Source: Fonticula alba ATCC 38817 (lineage: Eukaryota; Protista; Nucleariida). Taken from it: 64,000 nucleotides of DNA. The stretch's first letter is position 1; every line of letters begins with the position of its first letter. Below the pieces are notes generated by a model. That model had not been told where the DNA came from. It did no database searches and saw only the letters and a list, made by a program, of their open reading frames with translations. The DNA lies in the NCBI GenBank assembly GCA_000388065.2, contig KB932213.1. One strand, 5' to 3'. Positions 23,354-34,300 of the stretch are shown here, piece by piece. The position numbers and the translations under genes are program-made.

Positions 23354-23956
23354 CCCCCCCCCCCCCCCCTCCCTGCTGCTGCCGTGGACGGGGCACGGCC
23401 CTCCCTCTCCCGGGGGATGGGGACTCGGTGCAGGAGCCCCGCTCCCCGTGCCGTGTGCTCGGCACGGCGTCCTCCCTCTGGGGGCGGGCCTCCTTCCCCT
23501 GGTTGAGGCGTTTCCCTGGGGCTGGGTTTCCCCTGCCCGCCCCCTGTTCCGGGCCCTTGGCTTGGGGCAACCGAAATACAGTGCTCCTTCTCCTTGTGGT
23601 GTTCCTCGGCTCGTGTCTTTTGGCTCTTCTTCCGTGCCCTCCCCGGATGGTCCTCCGCCCGAGCGGGCGTTTTGTCACTCCCACGGGCTACTCCTTTGCC
23701 TCGCTGCCGCTCTGTCTCCCGGCCCCGCCCCCNNNNNNNNNNNNNNNNNNNNNNNNNNNNNNNNNNNNNNNNNNNNNNNNNNNNNNNNNNNNNNNNNNNN
23801 NNNNNNNNNNNNNNNNNNNNNNNNNNNNNNNNNNNNNNNNNNNNNNNNNNNNNNNNNNNNNNNNNNNNNNNNNNNNNNNNCCGGTCCATTCCTCCGCCAG
23901 CTGCTCTTTCCCATGGCGCGCTACATGTATCATTGCTGCATGGTCCAATGCCCAGG

Positions 23957-25846
23957 TCAGGGAAGACAAGTGGCAAACTTCCACAGGGAGGCCAGTTGAG
24001 AGGCCAGTGTCCGGCGCCTGGGGCGCAGGAGCACATCCAGTCGAAGGGAGAAGTGCTCGACGGAGGATGCATACATGGCGGCGGCCAGAGGACCGGCCAG
24101 GAGCGGGGCATGCATGCGGAAGAGGCGCTCCTGGTGGGCCTGCCCCTCCGGGCACAGGAGCCTGTCGGCGGTGTCGGGCACGTCGTCAGCCGGGGTCGGG
24201 AGATCCACCCGGACCGGGAGGCGGGCCGCCTGGCCGCGCACGGCGCCGGCCTCGTCCTCGAACAGCAGCCGCTTGGCCAGGTCCATCGGCACGCCGGGCG
24301 GCCGCGCGAGGGCATCCCCGACGAAGTCCTCAACGCGTCCCGCCAGCCGGCCCAGCTCACGAGCATGCTGCTGGAGATCGCACAGCACGGCGTCAACCCG
24401 GCCCATCAGATCCGGCTGGCCGACCGAGCGCCGGATGGTGTGAGCGCGTGTGGTTGTCTGCAGGAGGAACTCGCCCTCCTGGGCCAGAAGAGCTTGCAGG
24501 TGCTCGGCCTCGGCAACCCCCGCCGGAGGAGCATCCTCACGACCAAGACACCGGATCTCCAGGGCCAGGCGCCCGATCAGGTGGTCGAAGCGTTGCACCC
24601 GTCGGTCGGCGCATACGTCCTCCACCGGCATGGCCAAGTCCGGGTCCTCGCCCGGGGCCCGGGCGGCCCACATGCGAGCCAGGGCGCTCTTGGAAGTGCG
24701 CTTGAATGCAATGAACAGGGTCTCCACGCGTCCAATGGCGGCGGTCAAGTCCGGCAGGGGGTTGGCCACGGCCACGCGCGCCGGCGAGCCACACCTCGGG
24801 AACCAACGATCCATGCTGAGGCGAAGGGCCGGCGGCGGCTGGCCATCCGGTGAGGCCACCGGCTCCGGGTCCGGCGAAGGGACCGGCAGCAGGCGGCGCT
24901 GGGCGTCCAGGAGAAGCAGCAGCGCATTGTAGGTCATGAGCGCCTCGCGCATGGAGGCCAGGTCGCGCCAGAGGTGGTTGATGGCGTCATTCCAGCAGGG
25001 GGCGACAGGGGGCCCGGGGGCTGGGGCATTTGCGCCGAGGGCGGACTCCTCGCGTTCGGCGCTCTGCTGGGCCACCAGCCAGGATGCCATGGGCTCATAG
25101 ATGTCCTGGCTGGCCGGGGGAAGCCTGCTAGGGAGGAGGGTTCCCGCTGGCAGCACACTAAACCCGCACTCCAGGGAGAACCGCCGAAAGAGGCCGACAC
25201 TGTGGGCCAGCCGCCGCAGGAAGGGGGGCACCCGGCGCAGGGAAGCCACCTGGCCCTCGAGAGCCATGTATGTGGGGCAGTTCCAGGGGTTGCACCGGGC
25301 CGGGACCTCGTGCCAAAAGGACCGGTGGAGGGTGGCTTCCTTGTCTTGGAGGAGTGTGGCCCAGAAGTGGGCCTCCTCGGTCAGGTGGGAGCCCAACTGG
25401 ACCAGAGCCAGGTACGACCCGCCCAGGGAGGGGTTACTCAAGTGGACCAGCAGGCCCTCCAGGAGCACCAGCTGCCGGGTGTGGTGCTGGGCCAGCGGGT
25501 GGATGTCCTCCGGGTGGGGGGCCATCTCGCCGGCGTCCGGCGAGCCGGTCATGCGCAGCTGCTGCAGGAAGTTGGCCTGCATCAGGACCATGGATGCCAC
25601 CACCAGCAGCAGCCCCTGCCGGAAGGAGGCGGCCAGCACCTGGAGGGTGTCCAGCTGCGCGGGGAGTGCCACCTTCTTTGGCGGCCGGACTTCCAGCCAG
25701 AGGGAGGCCTTCCAGCCGGGCATGCCGCCGGCGACCTCGCGAATCTGCGTCTTCAGGGCGAGGATCTGCAGCAGGGCATCGGGCAGGAGCCGCAGCAGGT
25801 CCATGTAGGTGAGGGTGTTGTCGAGCCACGATTGGAAGAAGTTCAT
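23957..25846 (-). CDS. Hypothetical protein of at least 629 aa on one long exon; no family recognised
   Basis: The ORF is uninterrupted, Leu-rich and of normal complexity, unlike the shadow frames. The frame stays open upstream to a candidate acceptor (GGCAG near 25903), so further 5' exons may lie in the gap at 25959-26420. Confidence 0.75.
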   Translation of the reverse strand: MNFFQSWLDNTLTYMDLLRLLPDALLQILALKTQIREVAGGMPGWKASLWLEVRPPKKVALPAQLDTLQVLAASFRQGLLLVVASMVLMQANFLQQLRMTGSPDAGEMAPHPEDIHPLAQHHTRQLVLLEGLLVHLSNPSLGGSYLALVQLGSHLTEEAHFWATLLQDKEATLHRSFWHEVPARCNPWNCPTYMALEGQVASLRRVPPFLRRLAHSVGLFRRFSLECGFSVLPAGTLLPSRLPPASQDIYEPMASWLVAQQSAEREESALGANAPAPGPPVAPCWNDAINHLWRDLASMREALMTYNALLLLLDAQRRLLPVPSPDPEPVASPDGQPPPALRLSMDRWFPRCGSPARVAVANPLPDLTAAIGRVETLFIAFKRTSKSALARMWAARAPGEDPDLAMPVEDVCADRRVQRFDHLIGRLALEIRCLGREDAPPAGVAEAEHLQALLAQEGEFLLQTTTRAHTIRRSVGQPDLMGRVDAVLCDLQQHARELGRLAGRVEDFVGDALARPPGVPMDLAKRLLFEDEAGAVRGQAARLPVRVDLPTPADDVPDTADRLLCPEGQAHQERLFRMHAPLLAGPLAAAMYASSVEHFSLRLDVLLRPRRRTLASQLASLWKFATCLP

Positions 25847-26464
25847 CTCGGCGTGTGCGCGCTGGGCGGCCGGTGTGAGCGCGCCCGGGACGCTGGAATT
25901 GCTGCCAGGGGCGCGGCCCGGCGCGGCGGGTCAAGCAGGGGAATGCACGAGGGCGCGGNNNNNNNNNNNNNNNNNNNNNNNNNNNNNNNNNNNNNNNNNN
26001 NNNNNNNNNNNNNNNNNNNNNNNNNNNNNNNNNNNNNNNNNNNNNNNNNNNNNNNNNNNNNNNNNNNNNNNNNNNNNNNNNNNNNNNNNNNNNNNNNNNN
26101 NNNNNNNNNNNNNNNNNNNNNNNNNNNNNNNNNNNNNNNNNNNNNNNNNNNNNNNNNNNNNNNNNNNNNNNNNNNNNNNNNNNNNNNNNNNNNNNNNNNN
26201 NNNNNNNNNNNNNNNNNNNNNNNNNNNNNNNNNNNNNNNNNNNNNNNNNNNNNNNNNNNNNNNNNNNNNNNNNNNNNNNNNNNNNNNNNNNNNNNNNNNN
26301 NNNNNNNNNNNNNNNNNNNNNNNNNNNNNNNNNNNNNNNNNNNNNNNNNNNNNNNNNNNNNNNNNNNNNNNNNNNNNNNNNNNNNNNNNNNNNNNNNNNN
26401 NNNNNNNNNNNNNNNNNNNTCCTTCGGTGCCTGCGCTGCCTGTCTGTCTTGCGTCCCCTCAACC

Positions 26465-27858
26465 ATGCCTGGCTCTCCTGGCGGCGCGGTGACCCGTCCC
26501 CCGGGCAGGCGTCCCCTCCGAGCCGGTCGACCTGCGGCGCTGGCGGCATTGCTGGCCACGCTCCTGGCCCTGTTGGCGGCCACGGTGGTCGCCGTGGCAG
26601 GCGGCAGCCCATCAAAACACTCGCCCCGCGCCGAGGCCCCGCGCCCGGACCGCGTGGCGGAGCTGGTGTTCGGCTCGCGCACGGCCCTGCCCAACCATGC
26701 CAAGGCCCGGCACCTGCTGCAGACGGCCCTGGACCGGGACTTTTATGACGGCCTGCCTGGGCGGGCGTCGGCCGATGGGGCTGCCGACGCGGGTGACGAC
26801 GGGTCCGCCCAAGCGGGCCTCACCTCGGCCCTGGACTCGGCGGCCTACGGCGGGCTGCTGTCATACATGGACTCGCTTGGGCTCGGCGATGAGATGTCCC
26901 GCCGGGACCATGCGTCGGTGCGTCGTCTTGCCCGGCGCCGCCTTTGGCGCGTATGCGCACGCTTGGCCATGCCCGTTCAGCGGGTCCTGCTGTGTCCCGT
27001 GCGCCGCCTGGGCAGCCCCCTCTAACTGCCCCCCCCCTCCTCCTCCTTCTCTTTGGCCTTGTGCGTGTTTACCTGTGTTTATCCGCGCGCGCGCGCGCGT
27101 GCCCCCGGTGGGTGCCGCCGCCCGTAGGCGATCATCCGCGAGACGCTGATCGCCGGCTCGGTGCCGGCCTTTCCGGTGTTTGACAGCCCGGCCCCGGTGG
27201 GCGATCGGGCTCAGGCCGAGCCGTCCGGTGATGCGCACATGCTGGCCATCGGCGCGGCCCTGTCCCTGGCGAACCGGTACACCCGCGGCATCGGGGTCAA
27301 GGCCAGCTGCTCCCGGGCGGCGGAGTTCTATCGACGCGTCGCGTCGGACGGTGCGTTGCCCGGCGGCTGTCCCGGCCGGTGTGTGCCCTGCTGCCTGTCC
27401 CGGGTCCTTGCTCACTCGCCTGCTCCTTCGCCATGGCCGGGGTGTGGTTGTCGTAGCGGTGCAAAATTACCGGCCCCTGACGGCTCGCCCGCCGCCGCTG
27501 GCGTCGCTGCTGCTGGCGTCGCTGGCCACGCCCGGCGGCCTGGCCGCGCACGGGGCCAACTCCGCCAGCGGCTACTACACCACCATGGCCCTGAGCCCGG
27601 GAAGTGATCTCTTCAAGTACTATGTGCACCTGGCCGATGGGGGCGAGCGCTCGGCGCAGATGATCATCGCTCGGGCCCTGCGCGGCTCGCCCGCGCACCG
27701 GGCCGCCGCCGACGAGTATCTGGAGCGGTGCGTCGCCGCCCGGTGCATGTGCCTGCCGGGTGTCCCCTCTTCCCCTCTTCCCCTCCTGCCCGCCTCCCTT
27801 CCTCGCTCTTTCCTTCGCCCGGCCCCCGGTGACTGACCTTCCGGCTGGCCGGGCCATG

Positions 27859-27901
<43 letters not shown>

Positions 27902-30574
27902 GCATGGCGGCCCGCACGTCGTCCGTGACACGCAGTGCCGCCCGCCGGGGCAGCATCCAGGCCATCTGCGAATTGGGCAACGTCCTGCTGGATGACCCGC
28001 CGGCGGTGGTGGACCCCGGGGTGGCCGACCCGGCGGCCATCCACCGGGCCAATCTCCTGCGCGCGCGGGACCTCTTCCACAAGGGCGCCCGCATGGCCGG
28101 CATGGAGGCCACCCTCGGCACCCCGGTGGACTTGAGCAACCCCCATGCCGGGGCCGGGCCGGGGCCCGGCGAGGCCGAGGCCGAGGACTCCGGCGACCCG
28201 GCGGCCGCGGCCGCGTCCCGCCACGCGCGCCATGTCGAGTCGGCCACCTGCCACACCGGGCTCGGCCGGCTGCAGCTGGATGAGCTGCTGCGCACCGAGG
28301 CCGCGCACTTCGACACCGACGCCTACTCCCAATCGCTGGGCACCGTGCTGAATCACCTGCTCCGGGGCGCGGGGCTCGGCGATTCGGACGGGGCGTACTG
28401 GGCCGCGCGGGTGCTGTCCGGGGAATTCGGCGGCCACTTCGACCTGACCTCGACGCACGACGTGCGCGTGCGCATGCTGGTCATGGCCGTCGAGCGCGGC
28501 CACCTGGGCGCGGAGTTTGAATTCGCCAACTTCATCTTCTCCGAGTCTGCCAGCCTCAGGTCCGTGCCGGGGTTGGTTGGGGTTTTTCTTTTTTTTTTTA
28601 TTCGCCAAGCCTCCTCCCTATGTCTCGTGCCTGGCATGGGTGGCGTTGCCTGTGCTCACACCGCCTCCCTCGCTCCTCCCCTGTGGTGACTCACCTTGCG
28701 ACTCCGCCTCGCCGTCGCGCACATGCCCGCACGCACGCAGTGACAGTGCCTGCCGCCTGGCCCTGTCGCATTATAAGCACGTGGCCGAGCATCACCCCCG
28801 CGTGTTGGCCCTGCGTCATGCTGTGCAGGAGGACGCGGTGGAATTGGCGGCCGGGCGCGGGGTGGCCGGCCTGGGCCGGGCCCTTCGCACGGCATTGGCC
28901 CGGCGCCAGCGGCCGGCGGCTGGCCCCCCGGCCGGGCTGCTCCCCGGCGACCCGGCCCCCTCGGCCGAGGCGCTGCTGGAGTCCTTTGTCCTGGAGCGGC
29001 TGCTCTACCTGGGCCACTTGGGCCTGGCCGGGGCCCAGCTGGATGCCGGGTGGTTCTTGGAGCAGGGGCTCGCCGGGGCGGGGGCCCGGGCGACAGCCGC
29101 CCCCCCGGGCGGCATGGCCCTGGTCGCCGGTCCGGGCCCGGCGTACTATCCCCCGGGCGGGGTGGGCCGGTGGTCGGCGCCGGCGCGCGCGCGCCTGGCC
29201 CTGTTGCAGTATGTGCGCGCGGCGGCCCAGGGCAGCGTCCGGGGGCTGGTCCGAGCCGGGGACATGTATGCCTCGGGCAGCCTGGCGCCGTTGCTGCTGC
29301 TGGGCGAGCCCCCTGCGGAGGGGGCCTCCCTGGGGGCCTTCGGCCGAGCGGCCCGGGCCTACCTGGCCACCGCCCTGCCGGAGATGGTGGCCGCCGGGGC
29401 CCGGCCGGACTTGGCTTCACATCGGCTGTTCCTCTTTTCGCGGGAGGCCGTGACCGGCACCCACGCGGCCGGGCTGCCCTCGGTGCTGCAGGGCAACCGG
29501 CCTGCCGGCAGCGGGGATGGGCCGCATGCGGCCGGGGCCCCGGGCTCCGGGGCCGGCCCCGAGCCCCTGAGCCCCCCGATCGAGGGGTCCCACGCGTCGC
29601 TGTCCTCTGCCCAGCGCCTGGCCCTGGTGCTGCGGGCGCTCTTTCCCCGGCTGCCGGGCCCGGGGGCGCGGCTGCCCCGCCAGGTGCTGCCCCTGCGGCC
29701 GGAGGACCTGGACACGGCCTGGTGGCTGGCGGAGGGGGCCGCCTCGGAGGGGTGGCCGCCGGCCCCGAGCCTCGGCCTGGCGGCCAATGCCACGGCCCTG
29801 GCGGCCGATCCGTGGGTCGACCGGGTGGCCGGCGCGGCGGGCCTCGATGACTGGACCGGCGGCGGCGGGGCGGCCGAGGCCTTCGGCGGGCTGGAGCTGC
29901 ATGGCATCGGGCCGCCGCATGCGCCCGAAACCCGGGACGACGCGGACGCCGCCGTGGCCGAGGCATACTTCGCGCTCGGGTGGCTGCACGCCACCGGGGC
30001 CGGGTCGTGCGGGGCCCTGTCGCGGGCGCCGCTCTGGCGCCGTGGCCTCGACCGGGCCCGGCTCCTGTGGGCGCGCCGGGGTGCCCCGGCTGCCGGGGCC
30101 GGCCCCGGCCCGGCGGCCGATCCCGCCGCGGCCGGCTGCGTGCCGTACGACTTCTATCGGGCCAAGCACTACTTCGACCTGGCGGCGGCCCGGTCGCCGG
30201 ATGCGCGTCTGGCCGTGGGCCTGGCCCTCCTCGGGTCCTGGCTGAGCCACTGTGCCGAGGTGCGCCCTCGCCATGCCATGGCGCTGCCCGTGCCCGGGGC
30301 CACTCGCGCGCGCGCGCGCGCGTGTTGTCTCCCTCGCTCGCTCGCTCGCTCGCTCCTTCTCGTTCTGACCTCCTCCCCCGCGTCCCGGCCCCTTTGGCGG
30401 CAGACCCTGGCCTTCTTCTACTCCTACTATGTGGTCGGCTCGTCCATCGACCTGGAGCTGGCTCTCCTCGGCAGTGTGGGCGCCCTGCTGGTGGCCCTGG
30501 CGGTGGCCCGGTCGAGCGCCGCCGCTCGCCAGCGCCAGCAGCTGCAGGTGCCCCCGGGGCTGGGCCAGCAGTGA
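26465..30574 (+). CDS. SEL1L: SEL1L/Hrd3-like ERAD component (signal peptide, Sel1-like repeats, C-terminal TM)
   Basis: The N-terminal hydrophobic stretch is LAALLATLLALLAATVVAVA. Conserved blocks are LANRYTRGIGVKASCSRAAEFYRRVA, DLFKYYVHLADGG, SACRLALSHYKHVAE, AQLDAGWFLEQ, YVRAAAQGSVRGLVRAGDMY, EAYFALGWLH and DFYRAKHYFDLAAARSPDARLAVGLAL. The TM segment is LALLGSVGALLVALAVA. Confidence 0.85.
27861..27899 (+). repeat. (CTG)n trinucleotide microsatellite in a SEL1L intron
   Basis: About 13 uninterrupted CTG units lie between the donor after YLER (~27729) and the acceptor ACGCAG (~27935). Confidence 0.8.
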
Positions 30575-31387
30575 AGCGCGGGCTGGGCGCCTCGCCCCGC
30601 CCCACAGCTGCCAATGGACACGCCACATACCAACCTTTTGCTTGTTGTTCTTGCCGCGCCAGCGGGGGNNNNNNNNNNNNNNNNNNNNNNNNNNNNNNNN
30701 NNNNNNNNNNNNNNNNNNNNNNNNNNNNNNNNNNNNNNNNNNNNNNNNNNNNNNNNNNNNNNNNNNNNNNNNNNNNNNNNNNNNNNNNNNNNNNNNNNNN
30801 NNNNNNNNNNNNNNNNNNNNNNNNNNNNNNNNNNNNNNNNNNNNNNNNNNNNNNNNNNNNNNNNNNNNNNNNNNNNNNNNNNNNNNNNNNNNNNNNNNNN
30901 NNNNNNNNNNNNNNNNNNNNNNNNNNNNNNNNNNNNNNNNNNNNNNNNNNNNNNNNNNNNNNNNNNNNNNNNNNNNNNNNNNNNNNNNNNNNNNNNNNNN
31001 NNNNNNNNNNNNNNNNNNNNNNNNNNNNNNNNNNNNNNNNNNNNNNNNNNNNNNNNNNNNNNNNNNNNNNNNNNNNNNNNNNNNNNNNNNNNNNNNNNNN
31101 NNNNNNNNNNNNNNNNNNNNNNNNNNNNNNNNNNNNNNNNNNNNNNNNNNNNNNNNNNNNNNNNNNGGCCCGGGGGCCGGCGCCGCGCCGGGATCCCGCC
31201 ACAGTTCTCCCCCCTCCCCCCTCCTCTTCCCGTCGCGCCAGCCACACAGCCTCCTGCCCGCATCTTGCCCCGCCGCGCCTCGCCCTGCGCTTGCTCCCTC
31301 TCCCCTCCTCCGTGTTTGCTCCGCCCCTCTGATCCTGGCGACCGGGCCGACGCCCGCCGGGCCCCGCACGCGCGCACGCCCGCCGCC

Positions 31388-34300
31388 ATGAAGCAGGACA
31401 AGATCACGGCCTCCCTGCGGGACGCCTTCTCCTCCTCGAGCGTGGAGCAGGCGCCCGGGCCGGCGGCCGCCTCGCCGGGGTCGGCCGGCCCGCCGGGCTC
31501 CCTGCCGCAGCATGCCGATGTCCTGGGCAGCCCGCCGGCGAGTGGGTCGGCCCCGGGGTCGGCCGGGTCGCAGGGTCCCCGGTCGGCGGATGGTCCCCCG
31601 GGCCGGGGCCCGGCCCTCGGGCCGGGGCCTGCCACTTTGACGGACCCCGGCGCGGCGGCCGATCTGCCGGAGCACTACGCCAGCCTGAACATCGAGGCAC
31701 ATCTGCTTGCCCTGGGCGAGCACCTGGCCAACAATCAAACCCGCTCGGCCTTCATCTCGGGGGCCAGCTGCTCGGTGTTTGTGCCGCGCGCCCGGCCGGC
31801 CGAGGGGGACCTGCCTGTGGCGGAGGCCCCCTCGCCGGCTGACGGGCCCCCCGCCGAGGCCGACAACGAGACGGACCCGGCGCCGGTGGTCCCGGCCCCG
31901 GCCACCGGGCGCCTTGAGCGTGGGTCATCCTCGGAGCAGGTTCGCCCGCGCGGCGCCCCGGGCCCGGAGCCCTCCTCCGGCCTGCGGCAGGTTCCCGGCC
32001 TGGCCATCTGCATCTCCTCGAATGTTGCTCTGTATACGGTGCGCTTGGGGAGGGCCAGTCCGGCCGGTAAAGTGGGCAGGGGGCGCGGGGGGGGGCGTGG
32101 GCGTGGGCGGCGAGCGGGCGGCGAGCGGGCCCACCCCCCCCCCCCCCGGGGCGAGGCCTGCCCTTCTCCCGGCGCTCCGGTTGTTTGCCCTGTCTGACGG
32201 TCTTCCTCCCTGCTCCGGCGCACAGACCAATCTATTTGACTCGCTGATCGGGCCGCTGGCCACGCATCTCCAATCGCCGGCGCTCCAGGTGTCCGACCTG
32301 CAGGTGGTACGTCCGCAGCCTACTTGCGTGTGCCATGCGCGGGACCAGTGCTTGGTGTCCTCTCTCTCCCTCTCTCTCTGCCTCCTCCTCTCGGGCGGCT
32401 GCGCCCTGGCCGGTGGCCGTCTCTGACCGGTGTTCGCCTGCCCGACCGGCTGACTGCCCTGCCGCCCGGCTGGCCGGGCACTGGTGTCGGCAGTTTTCCA
32501 GCTTCCTGGACATGCTGGAGGTCCTGCTGGCGGTGCCGGAAAAGTACTACGACTCGCAGGTGGTGCTGCTGGATGCCCCTGGCGCCGGGGACATCCCGGA
32601 GGCCCTGCCGCACTTGGACGGGCCGAAGGTGCCGGACTTGCTGCGGCAGCTGGTCCAGCGCGCGGAGGGGGCCGGGTCGGGTCCCGGCGGTGGGCAGGCC
32701 GCCCCGCAGGCCCCTTCGCCCTATGTCCTGGACCATGCGCTGGCGGCGGCCGACATGACCCCCCGGACAGCACGCCTGGCCCTGCCCCTGGCCGGGAGCC
32801 TCCGCCAGCGGGGGCACCTGTACGAGTGGCTGCACTTCGGCCTGCGGGTGCTGCTGAAGTTGGACCTGGCCGCGCGGCCCGTGGCCGCCATGATGGACCT
32901 GTCGGTGGACCCGCTCGGGGGCTCGGCGGCCGAGGCCTCCCGGCCGGCCAGCCCCACTGACTCGATCGATGGGGATGGCTTTGTGCTGGTCCCCTCGTCC
33001 CCGCTGGCCGGGGAGGCCGCCGGCGCCGTCGGGTCGGATGGCAGCGGCAGCGGCAGCGGCAGTGGCAGCGGCAGCAGCAGCGGCCCGGGCAGCCCGCCCT
33101 CGCCGCGGCTCGGGTCCCCGCATGCCGCCGGCCCCGTGCAGCAGCCCACCTCATCGGTGTCGCCGTCGATCACCCTGCCCACCTTTGTCCGGTCGCGCAG
33201 CGCCAGCATGGCAGCGGTCGGGTCGCTGTCGGCCCGGGCCGTGGCCCTGGACCTGGACCCCGGGGCCGGCACCGGCCCGACCGGCAGCCCGGCCGTGGGG
33301 TCTCCCTCGCCGGTGACCTCGCTCTCGACGTCGGTCCTGCCGCTGGTCGCGGCCGGCGCGGCATTGCAGCAGCAGCAGCAACTACAGCTGCTGCCGCCGC
33401 CGCCGCCCAGCCCGGGGGCCGATGCCGGCGAGGGTCTCCCCCCGGTGGGCACCATCGAGGGGCCGGCCCCGGCGGCCGTGCGGCATCCGGTGGATCGGCT
33501 GCGCTCGGCGCCCGCCTCGGCGGTCCCCTCGCCGGCCGCCTCGCCGCCACTGTCGCCGGAGCCGGCCCCGGCCCTGGACCCGATGCCGGGCTCGGGCCTG
33601 GCCGGCACCGCCTCTCCCACGCCCTCGGTGGGGTCGGGCCGGTCGCGCACCTCCTCGCTGGCTCAGCTGCCGGCGCTGGTCATCCCCCCGGCCGGGTCCC
33701 TGCTGGCCGAGGACCCGGGGCTGGCACACTTGCAGGCCCAGCGCCTGCGCACGGCGTCCATGTCGGCGCCGGGCCCGAGCAGCCGGTCGCCCACACGCCT
33801 GGATCCGGTGGCGGCGCGGCGCACACCAACCACGACTACGACGGCTGCTGCTGTCGGCGGCGGCGGCGGCGGCGGCGGGCCGGCCTCGGCCCCCGGCCCG
33901 GCCGGCACGCATGTTCTCCTGCCGAGCGAGGCCGCGGCCCCGGGGCTGACGAATGCCGCGCGCCATGCCCGGGCCCTGGGCCAGCGCCTGGAGCGGGTTC
34001 TCCTGCGCCCGGTCCTGGCCGGCGGGCAGCCGGAGCTCGTGCGGCTGCTGCTGGAGCTGGCCCTCGGGGGGCGCCTGCCTGGGCTGGCGGGCCCGGCCGA
34101 GGCCGGCGGCCCCGGCAGCCTGGCCGGGTGGGAGCGTCGCCGGACGGCCCGAGCCCGGGCCCTGGCCCGGCGCCTCCTCCGGCAGGTGTCGCTCACCGGG
34201 TCGCAGGCGGCCGTGCGCGGGCTCTTCCTGGGGCTGGCCCATCCGCTGGGCCGGCCGGCCTGCGCGGCCTTTCCCCGGCCGCTGCTGCTGGCCGCCGCCC

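Noticed and set aside
27760-28689. Apparent poly-Cys protein (MSCCCCCCCCCCCCCCR)
   Set aside because: It is the translation of an intronic CTG repeat. The real SEL1L exon starts after ACGCAG at about 27935.
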